Below, piece after piece: positions 12,674-26,560 of a stretch of 64,000 bases of DNA. Location: contig NC_042999.1 of NCBI RefSeq assembly GCF_006345805.1, positions 125,798,001-125,862,000 on the forward strand, written 5' to 3'. The DNA comes from Octopus sinensis. Its lineage: Eukaryota. The first letter of the stretch is position 1, and each line of letters begins with the position of its first letter. The notes under the pieces were generated by a model that did not search any database, had not been told where the DNA came from, and saw only the letters and a list, made by a program, of their open reading frames with translations. The position numbers were made by a program, and so were the translations under genes.

Positions 12674-12823
12674 CCTACAGTAGCTGTTCCAAATGCACAG
12701 AGATGCTCGACCATAATGGATCCTCAAGGAACACTTTATTGTCTGTAACTTGATACAATAAAGTGTTCCCCAATGGTCCATTGTGGTTGAGCATCAATAT
12801 GCATTTGGAACATCTACCATAGG
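12674..12823. repeat. Imperfect inverted repeat (~70-bp arms, ~12-nt loop)
   Basis: tgttccaaatgca, gatgctcgaccataatgga and gaacactttattgt pair with tgcatttggaaca, tccattgtggttgagcatc and acaataaagtgttc. Confidence 0.8.
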
Positions 12824-12879
12824 TCTGCAAACAATTGTAATAGTGAAACATACACATAGGAATTTTAATATAAACTTGT

Positions 12880-13140
12880 TAGGTCTTGTCATACATAGAG
12901 GCAGGCGCCATTGCAATGCTGTGCTAAATTCACCATTTGTTGGTATATTCCTTGGTCTTCCTGGGTGATCTGTTGAGCAGAGTCCCAGTCAGTGTCCATC
13001 TCCATGAGATACCTCCTCATCTGTTGTGACCATGTGGTATGTGGTTGACCAACACAAGCCATCAACCCAGCTGGATCCTCAGATAAGCTGGCACTCCTGA
13101 TTCATACAAGTAACAGGATGCATCCCAGTTTAGGCAACGA
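12880..13140 (-). mobile_element. RTE-clade LINE ORF 3'-end relic
   Basis: Minus translation ...CVGQPHTTWSQQMRRYL...W resembles the RTE C-terminal GRP..TW motif. Confidence 0.45.
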
Positions 13141-14119
13141 TAAATCAAGGACTAAATATTTACAAACTGAAAATTGTAAGAAGCACTGACTATCACCAAA
13201 ATACTAACAAAAACTCACTCACTTTGTTTTAATTTGTACACTTGTCCTTCTCTACATATGGTTGTTTGTTTATCCCAATTTATTGTAATTTTCATTTAAT
13301 ATCATGTTTAAGGAAACTTTTTAGTTGAAAACAAAGTAAAAAAGAATCAAACATTTTACAATTGCTGCATTAATGAGAATTTGTTAGTTAAGAGGTTTTC
13401 TTTGTAACCACATGGCTTTGAGTTCAGTCCAATTGTGTGGCACCTTGAGCTGAGCAAAGTCTTGTGTACTGGGTGCCTTGTATGTGTCACTGGCACTGGT
13501 GCCATTCACACATCACCAGCACTGGGCCATGACCACGATTTCTTCTCAAGTGCATCAATTTGCCAGAAGTCCTGGTGATTTGTCGTTGCCTCTGTGAGAC
13601 TTCACATCCAAAAATTGCATTTCACCACCTCATAAAAATTATATTTGAAGTTGTGCTCATAAAATGAAAGACGTTGAATGATTAGTGTCTTTATTCACCA
13701 TTTTCTTCCTTTATTTGGCAATATGCCATGCTTCAGAAGATCCTGTGAAGCCAAGTGAAATTGTAGTTGTAGCTGATGCCGGTGATGCATAACTAGTACC
13801 CTTTGAACATTTAGCCTCACGGAAGCAATGATAAGTGACCAAGACCTTTGGTAATAAGCTGTGCTTGAGAAGACCTATCAAACTAAGTGAAATCATAGTT
13901 GTGGCCGATGCTGGTGTCACATAACTGGCACTCATGCCAGTGGCATGTAAAAAGCGGCCATTACACTCTTGGAGTGGTTGGCATTAGGAAGGGTATACAG
14001 CTGTAGAATTCATGCCAAATCGGATTGGAATCTGGTGTAGCCCTACAGCTTACCAGTTTCAGTCAAACTGTCTAACCCATGTCAGCATTGAAAGCAGATG
14101 CTAAATGATAATGGTGATG

Positions 14120-14460
14120 ATTTCATCATCATCATGATCCCTTAACTGATGCAGCCAGTCATTGGGGTGCCACTCTAGATGCTTCCATAGTCAACCGTCA
14201 TCACTAGTTTCTGTTCTGTCTAGTACTTGATGTCAAACCAGGATTTTCTCTGCTTTCAACCTCTCAACTGTGCTCTGAAGAATGACTTTGGACAAGGAGG
14301 TGTTTGGGGAACAGTAGCATTGTTATTGATGGATAGGTACACTAGTTCTCACCTGTCTCTCACTTTTGGCTCTGAGACCATTCTCAGCTGCACCCCAGTA
14401 ACTGCTTCTGCTTGCAGGCTAAATTTAGTGAGGGACTGAATGCTTTGAGAGGAGATGGGC
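14120..14460 (-). mobile_element. RTE/BovB-like LINE 3' end relic with (TGA)n tail
   Basis: Minus translation LSKVILQSTVERL...KSWFDIK resembles LAKTILQGTVEG.R.RGR..KSW; ends in tgatgatg. Confidence 0.5.
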
Positions 14461-17400
14461 ACTGACAAGCCTACTGAAATGCCATAATAGACCTTATTTC
14501 ATTTTACTGATAGAAAATGATAAAAGGCTATAAAAGAAAAAAAAAAACCCACCAAAACAAAAAAAAAATGAAAATAAAACAAATTGTACATTCATTCTGA
14601 GAGGCTTTCATTTTGTTTTATAGTATTTGAAATTATTTTCTTTCTCATCAATCTGTGTTATAATGAAATAATGTTAAACAAGATGTTAAGTGAAGACTGT
14701 CTGTAGTGTTTTCTTACATAATAAATTGAAGCCTTTCTTTGGAAATAACAGAATTTATAGAGTAGTGGATTATAAAAGCCTTTCAGTATAATAATGGCCT
14801 GTTACATTGTGAGTTCTCATCCTGTTGAGATCAATTTGATTTTTTTTAGATTGATTTCAGTACTTGACTGATACTTATTTTCCTAACTAAATTTTTGATG
14901 GAAAAGCGGGTGGGGAAAGAGGCCCTCTCCTCAATTTGAGGTCATGTACCTTTGTTTGTTCATTTGTTTGCAAACCCTTACCTGTTTAAGTAAGGAATTT
15001 TCCCCTATTAAACTTCAAAAGCACAGTGCTACAGGATGTAATGTGCACACTGTAATGTAAACACTGTCTCATGAAAAGAAGCAGGAATGACAGCTTTGTG
15101 TGCATGCACACATGCATACACATGTGCACGTGCATGCATGCGCACGAGAGAGAGACTTTCAGAGAGTTTCTGTCTACCTGTTCCACTCAAAAGCCATTGA
15201 TTAATCCAAAGTGACTTGCAGTTAGATCGAACCTGAGACCACTTGGTTGCAAATTAGACTTCTTAATCACACAGCTATGCTGTGTCTATATATTAGAAGT
15301 GTTTATTTTGTTTTATCATGCTACTCTTGAAAATACTGTTTATTGTTTTTAAATGACTAAATCCAATTTGTTGGGACAGCACTCTTGAGCATTTTACAGA
15401 ATCTCCAAGTCTGAAAGGAGAAGAGGGAAGTATGACTCATGGATTGCTGTAGTCAGAATTAACATGTCATGCATGGAATCATCTTTTGGTCTTTTGTGCC
15501 TGGAAAGTCTTGGTTTAGTCTTGTTGGCAATGTCTTCTGTGACTGCTGAAATCCACTTGCGAGTGGCAGTCCTAGTTACGGTGACTATATTTGAAGATAG
15601 TTTTTACCAGTTTTGTCCTCTTACTGTTTTTTTTTCATCAGTAAACCTCAGCCTCTCCTTTTGTCATTTTAAACTCTTGTCTAGTTTCTGTCTCTAGTGG
15701 GAGCAATCGCCAGCAATGTCCTATCTTCTAGTGTTCATGGAAGGAGACTTCAAGTCCCTCATGCAGATATCTTTGAAATGAAAATGGGGTAGCTGGAAGC
15801 CAGTTTCCCAGACCTGCAGAATCAATACATTGAGACATTATTTCCACACTAGAAACTGGCTTGAGTGTTTATAGCAGTGAACCCTATAAAAGGTGCCAAA
15901 GGGTCAGGTGGTGATGGTAAACCAGACAATGAATTAAATCTGAGAAGAGTTCATCCAACAAGTTACTTCACAGTTTCTATCTACTTAATTTCATTTTCAA
16001 GGCTGCAATAGGAGATAGTTCCTTGCACAATGTACCAACGAGTGGGATAGAAACCTAGAACCATACATTTTTTAAGCAAACTTCTTAACTACATGGCTGT
16101 GCCAGTAGCCATTCAGCTGTAACCATACTGAAGTCAGAGTTGGTGTAGGCATTGCCATGAGAAAACCACAACTGCTACTCACTTTCTTTGGAACAAAATG
16201 TATTTGTTCCTGTATAAATACTGTATGAATATTTGTGAACATTCAGTTGAGTCTAATGGTTTATAGATTCTCTTCAGTTACTAGATAGCCTAATCCTAAG
16301 GTACCAATTGGTCCTTAAGTATTCTGCTTGCATTTCCTTTCCCTTTCTTTTTTTCTATTGTGTGTGTGTGTTGACAGTAAATTCTTCAATGTACTACTTG
16401 AGTGAAGGTAATAGCAATGGTTATTGCAGAAGTAATTGCTTTCCCTCTCAAATTATAGAGTAACTACCACACATATATTTTCACAACTTACATGGGCGTA
16501 CATATTTTTAGGTGACAAAATATGCATATTTACATGAGGTGTGTATGTGTGTCTCTGTGCACATGCACACATACATAATTTTACACACTCACACTCATAT
16601 GCATGCCACATGCAAAAGGTCCATATGTAGACAGAGACACATGGAGAGAGAATGTTAATGGTAGGGTAAATTATAACCAAATATTTAAAAAGACAAAAAA
16701 ATGAAATATACATAAAAAATATGAAACAAAAAAAGAAAGGGAAGAAGAATATACATAACTCCACTTGGTCTGCAGGTGAGTGAAAGTTCTTAATCATTTG
16801 TTAAACCTGTTCTATAGGAGGTTAGAGCAAGTTGTGAATTTACAACATTAGTGCAGTGGTTGTGTATGTGTCTGTTGGCTGTGAGTACCACCCCTTATAA
16901 TCATCATCAGTTGAAACAGAGCTAGTTGGCTGAAAAACAAACAAAATATATATATAAAGACAACTGATCTGATGGGTGGCTGGATGTTTGAGTAGTTGCC
17001 ATTGGAACTTGGTTCTGTATCTCACCCTTCTTATACTCTCTCTCTCCCTTTCTGTCTGTCTATCTCTCTCCCCCTCACCAAGTCTATTGTCCGCTGGAGC
17101 AACTTTCTTTGTATGTTTGACAGACACATAACTATAAGGGTATTGCTTTCAGTTGTAGAATTCCCTTAGAGAGGGCAGTGTTGGGTTTGTGGAGGTTGTG
17201 AATGGTTATTGGGCAATTGCTTGTTGGTTTTTGCGTTCAGATAAGATGGGGGTGGGAGGGTGGCTGGAGGGAACCAAGTCCTTCCCTACTCCCTGACACT
17301 TTATATATTTACTGTTATTGTTGTGTGTTGTTTAGTTTGTGGAAGGGTATATAATTCACTAAACAAGAGTATGTGTAGGAGCAGGAGTAGGGTGGAGTGG

Positions 17401-19109
17401 GAGAGTAAAGGGATGAGAAGAGAGGAGGCTGTGGGGGGCTGAGAAAGTACTGAGGAAGGTTGAGTAGGAGGATGTATGGGAAGAAGAGAGTGAAAGGCTT
17501 GAAAGATAATAGAGAAGGACAGTTGAGAGAGAGAGAGAGAATAAGAAATAGTGAGGAGATGAGGGGGAGAGAGAAAGGAGAAGAGATGGAGATATAGCAA
17601 AAAAGGAGAGACTAAAGAAGAAATGTGTGTGTGTATGTGGTGGGTAAATAGTAAATAAGAAAGAGCTGGAGGATATGGGTGGAGATTAAGCAAGAAAGTA
17701 CATGAAAAGGAGATAAGAGATGGAGAAAAGGATAGAGAATTAGTTGGTGGGCAGACCAGATATTTGTTCCCCTTGATGTGTGTGTGTTTGGCTGAGTAGG
17801 GATTGAAGGAAGAAATGACCTGTGTGTGTATGGAGTACTGGTGGTGGGGATAACATACTTACCAAGTCTGTTCACAAGAAAGTCATAAATCTTATAATTA
17901 TAGAACACTTCAAGGGGCCATCTATTACAACATTCTCATCTACAAACTTTCAAAGTGCACATAGATAAATTAACGATAAAGGGTAAATGGAGTGAAATGT
18001 GGTGGTGGTGGTGGTGTTGAGAAGGTGGGGCAATCCAACAAGTGAAAGAACAACCAAAATAACCAGGTTTAAACAGAATGTGTAGTGAGTTGTGAAAATC
18101 TCAAATATTTGATAGAAAATGAGAGAGAAAAAAAAGAAAAACGTCTTGAATATGCTTGTAGTATATTGAAGAAAGGTAGGAGTTTGGAGTGGAATATAAG
18201 GAAAGTCCATGAAGGAGACAGATTTTTTTGTCTTTTATGTGAGAATTCTGTATGATGATATCTGTCAAAAGTGACTCAGATGTGCAGTTTGTTTTTATTT
18301 TAGCATTGAATCACTGTTCTATAACTTTATGTTAAATTCAACTCTCAACCCTCATAACAAAATCACTGTATCTCTTATTTCTATTTGAACATTTGTGCTA
18401 CCAGATTGGGTTGGATAGGTCTGTAATACAGCAAATTGCCTTGATCCTATGTCCTCTCCCCTAGCTTACTGTCCTGAAAATTACCTCACTGTCTCTCTTC
18501 TCACACCTTCCTCTGCTGCAGACATTTTCCATTGTTAGGAGGGTAGTTTATCACTCAGCGCTCATTCTCTAGTGCATTACATTTTAATACTACCCCCTCC
18601 TGTACACATCAGCTGATGCTTTTAATGCCCAGTCACTTTCTCAAATCATGTGTGCTTTGTTTTGCAGATTAACATTACATAACTAACAGTTTTTTTTTAT
18701 TCCCTTTCTTCTACTTATAAGGATCTCATGCATTCTATATGCATGTGCCACTATACTATATATATATATAAATTCCCTAAGGTTTTAGGTTCTGTAATAC
18801 TAATCAACATTTAGCTTTTTGCTATGTTGATTACTGTTCAATATTAGATTTTTGACCTCAAAAGAATGAAAAGGGACAAATAATCTTGGTCAGATTTGAA
18901 CTTGGAACATAAAGAGCTGTAACATTTACTGCAGGACATTTTTTTCCTGACATGCCAATGATTCAACCAGCTCAAAATGTACACAAAAATGCACATATGT
19001 ACTACCAATATGATTAACACACACTTAACACAAACACCAGTACAAATCAGCACACATATATGTACATACCAGTGCAAATCTATATATACACCATTACAAA
19101 TCAATACAC

Positions 19110-19257
19110 ACATGCTTGCTTCCCAATCACATGGTTCCAGGTTCAGTCCCAGTGTGTGGCATCTTGGGCAAGTATCTTCTACTATAGTTTTGGGCCAACC
19201 AAATCTTTGTGTGTGAATTTGGTAGACAGAAACAGAAAGAAGCCCATTGTATGTATG

Positions 19258-19293
<36 letters not shown>

Positions 19294-19540
19294 ATATATG
19301 AGGAGAATTCACAAAAATACAAAAGACAAAGACAGGTGTTGTAGACATATATATTTGTGTGTGTTTGTCCCCCTGCTATTGCTTGACAACCGATGCTGGT
19401 GTATTTATGTCCATGTAACTTAGCGGTTCAGCAAAAGAGAGCAATAGACTAAGTACTAGGCTTAGAAAGAATGTCCTGGGGTCATGTTCTTCAACTAAAA
19501 CCCTTTATGGTGCTGCTGTCAAATGACTGAAACAAGTAAA
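19110..19540 (+). mobile_element. tRNA-derived SINE family A (5'-truncated) with internal (TA)n
   Basis: Matches the 8798-9228 copy from cttgcttcccaatcacatgg to gactgaaacaagtaaaaaa. Confidence 0.85.
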
Positions 19541-20369
19541 AAAAAAAAAGAAATCCCAATATAAATCAACACACACACACACACACCACCAGTCCAACAT
19601 GTATCTCACATTTTTGAAGATGTGTATATGATGGTAATGCAACTGTACTGCAACTGCAGCTAGTTTCCAGATCCTGAGATTTGGCTGTGTTGATGCATGT
19701 GGTTGTTTAGCCTAAAGTCAGCCCTGATGAAGCAGACTTTTGACTGAAGGTTTGGTTCCAATTTTTCCACATTATAGTGTGTCTCAGAGTACGTTACTCA
19801 GTATATCCCCTTTTTTTAAAGGATAGTAAGGATGTGTTTTGTGGGAGATTTGGTTGCTATTTTGTTAGTTCAATAACCTTTTGGCTTGATATGAATTGTT
19901 GTTGAGTGCAGTGAATTCTTCGAGCCTTAGGTGTAAGCTGAGGTTTTTGACTCAGTTGCTTTATCAGTTTTCTGATGGAAGGAAGTTGGTTAAGGTCATA
20001 TTCCAAGTGGACAATACATATTTTGTTTTGTGTTCTTCTTTGTGTGGTTTTGGCGGCTGAATTTTTTGAAAAATGTTTTGATTTGGGTATTTACTTGTTT
20101 TTGGAAAGTGGGCTTCATCATCATTATCATCATAATCATTATTTTATGTTCACATTTCCATGCTCGCATGGGTTAGATGGAGTATGTTGAAGCAGCTTTC
20201 AATGGCCAGATGCTCTTCCTGTTGCCATCATGTATTTTTTATAGAAGACTAGAAATAATTGACGTTGCTTGTATGACAGTACTGCTCTCTTTACAAGCAT
20301 CATATGATATCAGGGCAAGTGTATGACCCCACTTTCCATATTTACGAAATATATACATGTATATATTAG

Positions 20370-20512
20370 GTTTTCATCTACTAAACTCACTCACAGGGCT
20401 TTGGTCAGCATGAGACTATAGAAGACACATGCCCAAAGTATCATACAGTGCGACTTACCCAGGTACATATGGTTGAGAAGCAAGTTTTTTAACCATACAG
20501 CCATGCCTGTGC
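20370..20512 (-). mobile_element. tRNA-derived SINE family A, diverged 5' fragment
   Basis: Reverse complement of the family A head and CORE-like segment. Confidence 0.7.
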
Positions 20513-20524
20513 TTATTATATGTC

Positions 20525-20623
20525 ATTATCATCATCATCTTCATCACTACCACCACCACCACCACCACCACCACCACCACCACCACCACTACCACCACCA
20601 CCACCACCATCATCATCATCATT
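20525..20623. repeat. (CAT)n/(CAC)n microsatellite
   Basis: Directly visible. Confidence 0.95.
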
Positions 20624-20996
20624 TAACATCTTTTATCTTGCTAGTTTGGGTTGGACAGTTTGATAGGAACAGATGAGTCAGAAGGCTTCTCCAGGTTCTA
20701 TGTCTACTTTGGTTTTGTTTCTACAACTGGATGCCCTTCCTAATGCCAACCACTCATTTAAAATTGTTATTGTGGTGTGCATGCTGCTAATTATTTTCTA
20801 TAATGTTTTATTGCTTGTTTCGTTATGTATTCTGGATGTAGATATTTGTCACCTTTTTTCTGTTTTTCTATGGTTTATTTTCATTGCTACTTCTTTATTT
20901 TTTGGGTGCTGAGATTTTTTTTGTCATGCATAGTAGTGATGTATTGTGTTTGTGGTCGAGTCTAGTTTTTATCAGGTTGGCTATTTCAGTAATGGT

Positions 20997-21320
20997 AAAG
21001 ATCCCCTTTAGTCATGAATGACCATAGGATGCACCTAGAAAGTTCCCTTTCAAGGCACAAGTCTGGGCAAGGTTGTTTATGAAAGACCAGCAATTGCTCT
21101 TGCATACCAGCCTCCACTCTTCATGCTGCCAATGTTATCCAAAGGCTGATACAGCTTGGCACCAGTGATGTCGCAATTCACTTTTACAGCTGAGGGAACT
21201 GGAGCAACATGAAATAAAGTTTCTTATTCAAGAACACAATGCATAGTCTGGTCCAGGAATTGAATCCACTACCTCATGGTTGTGAGCCCAATGCTCTAAC
21301 CACTGAGCCATGTGCCTTCA
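20997..21320 (-). mobile_element. tRNA-derived SINE family B, near full length
   Basis: tRNA-like head at the right end (gaattgaatcc...ctctaaccactgagccatgtgcc). Homologous to 23846-24186 and 26815-26960. Confidence 0.85.
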
Positions 21321-21444
21321 CAGTAATGTAATTGACACTGTATTTTTTTAATATTGTCTTCTATATGGCTTATCTTTTACTTGTTTCTGTCATTGGGGTG
21401 TGGCCTTACTGGGACACCACCTTGAAGGGTTTAGTTGAACAAAT

Positions 21445-21745
21445 TGAATCCTGTACTTTTTTCTTCATTAAGTGTGGTACTTATTCTATTGGGTTATGTT
21501 GCCGAACTGCTAAGTTACAAGGATGTAAATAAACCAATGCTGATTGTGGTGGAGACACACACACGCACACATACACACAAAATGCTTTTGCGCAGTTTCT
21601 ATTGAGCAAATTCATTCATAAGGTATTGGCTGGCCGAGGGCTAGAGTAGAAGACACTTGCCCAAGGTGCTGCATTGTGGGACTGAACCTGAAGCCATACG
21701 ATTGCGAAACAAATTTATTAACCACAGAACCATGCTTGTGCCTGC
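21445..21745 (-). mobile_element. tRNA-derived SINE family A, diverged
   Basis: Reverse complement of the family A body and head. Confidence 0.75.
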
Positions 21746-22522
21746 ACATATATATATATATATTTATATATGTATACATATATATGTGTATGTATTGTGG
21801 ATTTGTACCTAGTTGTTTGATATGTTGGGATTCAAGTTTGAGTAGATCTTAGTTGATCTATAGCTTCAATAATGACCTGTTGTTTGATGTATAGCTTTAG
21901 TTATAACTTCATGTTTGATGTGTAACTTCAGTTATATCCAGTTGTTTTATTGTATTTAAATCCAATAACGATCTTCCTTTAATTCTAGAATTCTTTAATA
22001 AAAGAAGAAAAAACAACAGTCAGCAAAACAGTTTTGAGACTGAGTTTAATGCAAGATTTTTGTTGCAAGTGATCAATCAATAGCCATCATATAAATCAAT
22101 ACTTATAGTCATTATGTTGAGTGTAGTGCTGCAAGGAAAAATGTTTTTGATTTAAAAAATACCAAAAAAAAAAAAATGAAAGAAAAAATTTCAGTTACAT
22201 AAACATCTCCCCCATATTTTCTGTTTTGCCATATCTAACAACTTTGGCGCAATATTTGTATTGCAGCATTTGCTATTGTTTTTATTTATTATTTAGTAAT
22301 TAGTTTATTTATTGGTGCTGCATATAGACGACATATGCAGCAGATATTTATTACAGCCAGACATATGTCCAGATGGTATTTTCTGCAGTCTGCAGAAACT
22401 GTGTCTTATTTTCATGATTACTGCCTAATTGGCAATTTAGGACAATGTCAGTGATGTCTAATTCAATAAACTAGCTTAGAGTAGAAAGAAACAATTAGAT
22501 GAAGGAAGGCTGACATTTTTAG

Positions 22523-22563
<41 letters not shown>

Positions 22564-23673
22564 GGTGGTGATGATAGTAGTGCTGTTGGCAAGGGTTTTT
22601 ATAATGTCGTCATTGTTTTCTTGAACCTTCTGACAAGCTTGTAGATAGAAACTGATGTATCCTTTGCATTTTTTTCCTTTTTGTGGAGGAAAATACAGTA
22701 GCTGTGTGTCTAATAAGATTTGGATATCAGTGTCTCATGAAAAACTACTGTATGATTCTCTGGCTTCCACTGTATTACTTTGTCTCTTGCAAACTTTGGT
22801 AATTAGATTTCTCAATCGGCAATTGACACTGTCTATTGAAGAAGTGCTCCTTCAGATCTTTAATGAAATATTTATTTAACATCAATGAAGATGTTAGCTG
22901 TCTAGTCAGACCAGATCTTTTGTTTCTTATTGGTCAAATTATAGATATTTTTATTTTATTTTATTTTATGGAATTCCTTCACCAAATAACTTCCTAGGAG
23001 GGTGTAATTCCAGTTTAAATGGAATTTCTATTTTCTGTCTTCTTTCTTTGAGTCAGCCACCACACCCCATAAAATAAAAAGACAATTTGAATACAGGGCC
23101 TGTTCAAACAGAGATGACATTTAATAGTTTTCTGCTATTCTACACTGTGATAGCCTTAGCCTAAGTGATATCAAAAGGTTTGCCATTAATTCTCATCAGC
23201 TCAGGCATTTTACTTCAATTTCTTGAATGAAATGAGAAATAGATTTTTTTTTCCTCATAGGCTAGAAAGAAGAAAAGAAACAAGATAAATAAAATTGTAA
23301 GGAAATAAACAAAAAAAAAGACAGATGGAGCTTTCAAGAGTTTTTACTTTTGGTTTGCCAACTTCATATGTGAATTAAATTAAAAATACCCAAAAGGAAG
23401 AAAGAAAAAGAAAATACCCACCCCATTTGGAAATCTGGTCATATTTTAATTGATTTTTTTCTGTAATTTAGTTTTATTGTGAAATAGCATAATATCCACT
23501 AATTTTTTTTCATCTGGTCTGTCTATCATACTTTCTTTAGTTAATTTGATATTCTGAAGAAAGAAAAAAATTATGGTTCCTATGATTGTAAGCACGAAGA
23601 AATTGAGTGTTTGTTAATACCTATTCTAAACTGATGCCAAGATGAAACATGTCTATGTTAGTATGTTCTAGAT

Positions 23674-24315
23674 CAAGGGGTCCCCAGCTACTGGGCTGAA
23701 TTGTGCATCAGTATTGAATTGTGGATCATTTGGTACATGGCTACTTGGAAAAAATAAATTTTAAAATTTTATTTCTATTTCATTGACTATCACAGTCTGT
23801 TGGGTGTTTTTGCATTTTATATGTAGTATATTTTTATTATATATGTAAGGCAAAGACCCCCTTTGGTCATGAATGACCATGGGATTGCATCTAGAAAGTT
23901 TCCCTCTGAGGCACAACTCTGGGCAAGGTTGTTTGTGAAAAACCAGCTGTCACTCATGCATATCAGTCTCCCCTCTCTACACCACTGGTGTTGTCCAAAG
24001 AAAAGGCAAAGGCCGATACAGCCTGGTACCAGTGATGTCACAACTCATTTCTACAACTGAGTGAACAGGAACATCATGAAATATAGTGTCTTGCTCAAGA
24101 ACACAGCACATGGCCGGTTCATGAATCAAACCTACAACCTTGCAATTGTAAGCTCAATGCCCTAACCACTGAGCCATGTGCCTTCACTTATATATGGTAA
24201 TAATTTAATTATGTATTGTGCACTTTTGTTTTGTTATGTGCATGATCCCCTGGTTTCTGGGAAAATTGTTTTGCATCAGACTGGTACATACTGCAAACAA
24301 GTTTGGGGATCATTG
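23674..24315. mobile_element. hAT (Charlie-like) non-autonomous element with perfect 8-bp TSD and nested SINE
   Basis: TIR-like caaggggtcccca ... ttggggatcattg; identical TTCTAGAT at 23666-23673 and 24316-24323. Confidence 0.8.
23846..24186 (-). mobile_element. tRNA-derived SINE family B nested in the hAT element
   Basis: Full-length homology to 20997-21320. Confidence 0.85.
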
Positions 24316-24559
24316 TTCTAGATGACAAAAAAAGTTGACAATAATTAGAAACCTAAAGACAATCCATTCTCTTGTTACATCAGAATGAAAAATTATCACT
24401 GGTGTTGGTGCAGGCTGTTGTTGTATGGTTGTATTGTTTTTTGTTAATATCAGGAGATTCAGCAGCTTCCTGATGTTGTTGAGTTGACCTGATGAGATTT
24501 AATTAAGCAGACTTATGATATAAAACAGCTGATTGAATGCTTAACACTAAATGAAATGT

Positions 24560-25060
24560 ATAGTTATAAGGTTTGGTCAGATGGTCATAATTTTAGCTAG
24601 GCTTTCCAGTTTTTGAAGGAAGTAGTATCTCGACAGTTAACAACTGATGCGGGTAGTTTATTCCATGCTACAGCAATTCTGAGCGTGAAAAAATGTTTCC
24701 AACAGTCATTGGTGCTCTGTTGTTTTTTGATTTTAGAAGGATGTCCATGAGTGTTTGTTATATGGAATTCAAAAAGGTGTCTAAGGTGTTGGAAAGATGG
24801 TGGATAATCTTGTTTATGATAAACTTTATTTTACATTTCTTACCCACAAGGGATTATGTTCAATCTTTAGCATACTGCTGTATGTCTTCTCAAACCACGA
24901 TCACAGGAAAAGTTGTTAAAGAATTATCAACAAAAACAAAGCTGATAAATATGCACAGGTGTTGCAAATTACGTTTAATTACCAATAAACATCAGCTTGG
25001 ATGACACTTTACTCAACCTTGTAAATATGGCCTGGACCATGATTACCAGCATGTACGTCA
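24560..25060 (-). mobile_element. CR1/L2-like LINE 3' ORF relic
   Basis: Minus translation KHFFTLRIAVAWNKLPASVVNCRDTTSFK resembles the CR1 C-terminal FFS.RVV..WN.LP..VV motif. Confidence 0.6.
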
Positions 25061-25229
25061 GACTTCAAAAAATAGTTAACCATTTAATGATTTTAGTAAA
25101 TTTATACAGAAAAAGTATGCATTATACTGTTCAACATAAATAAAAATCAACTTCATTATATTTAACCCTTTTGATACTAACCTGGCTGAAAAATGTTTGG
25201 TTCATAAGACCAACCTGATCATAGCCGAC

Positions 25230-26290
25230 CGAGAGTACCCATTGTTATTTAAATGTAAATTTAAGCACAAATCTCATTAGTACATTTGTGAAAATATGTG
25301 ATTTCACTTTGTAAATAGTCGAGTTATAGTATCCAACATTGCTTGACGTGATATCTGAACTCAGTGAATTTTGGGAGATTTTTTCCCACATTTTTTTGGC
25401 ATCGATTGTTTTTTCAACTTTGAAAATGGATAGGAGTTTCATGCTATCAATTTAAAGGTTTTTCAATGGAAAATATCGAGATATTGAGAAAAAGAATGAA
25501 TGAGGTACAAAGCACGTGGTGTACAAGAATGAATAGGATATTTCTGTATCCGAAACCGAAAGCAGCGATTCTGAAGAAACAAAGCGGCGATAACGACAGC
25601 AAAGATGACTTTACATCAGAATGAAGTAAAAACTTTAAAAATGTTATTAGCAATTTTTCTGAGGAGATGGGGTCTATCCATAATCTTTCTTAGGAAGTGA
25701 AACCATTAAACTTTAATTTTTTTCAGTATGCTTGTTTGAAGTGATCACTGTGGAAACAAACTGTTACGCAGAATGTAAGCAAACAGTATATGCCAGGAAA
25801 GCCCACGAAATGGGGGATCACAGTTTGGAAAATTTGTGAAGAAAATACTGGGTACTGCTGTGGATTTAGTTTTTATACAGGGAAAATAATGTTAGTCAAC
25901 ATGGCCTAGGGTATGATGTGGTCTGGAATTTATCACTTCCATACCATAAAACCAGGGCCGTATATTATTTTTTGACCGTTTTTTTTTTTTTTTTTTTTTA
26001 GTTCGGTCAAACTTGCTGTGGATTTAGGTGGATTCCAGTATTTCAGTTTATTTCACCTTTATGGTACACCTGTTCTGTTGTGCATTAAATTCAACTGATA
26101 ATCTAATGATGTGTACAATTCTATATCAAAATGTTGCATACCCAATTGAATATTAGCTAATGATTAATTTTCTATGGTGATGTTTAAACAAAATTTTAAT
26201 ATTTTTACCTTTTGCTCAGTTTACCTGGATTTACCTGTAATTAGAGTCACTTTGAGACAAAAGTTATGCAATAGAATTAACTGGGTTTAA
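25230..26290 (+). mobile_element. Possible internally deleted piggyBac-like relic
   Basis: CpG-retaining acidic coding-like patch SVSETESSDSEE (~25545-25580), a Cys-containing patch near 25750-25800 and a ...ctgggTTTAA end. TIR pairing not established. Confidence 0.3.
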
Positions 26291-26333
26291 ATCTTTGTGG
26301 GATATCTAGATGAATTTAGACATTTTCATCCGC

Positions 26334-26560
26334 TTAACTCTTTAGCATTTAATCCAGCCATATCTGGCCAAAATATTCTACCTGTTTTATGTTTAAACTG
26401 GCCAGATCCAGCTTCTCACACTTATACTGCAATGTTATTCTAAAAATAAACAATCACATCATTGAAATCTCAAAACTACAAGATAAGCCACAATTAATTA
26501 ATGACAATGTGAATAAATAAGCATTACATTTAGCAGTAATCTGAATGTTAAAGGAGTTAA
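26334..26560 (-). mobile_element. piggyBac-like MITE with TTAA at both ends
   Basis: TTAActctttagcatt...gaatgttaaaggagTTAA; reverse complement of the 2303 family. Confidence 0.75.
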
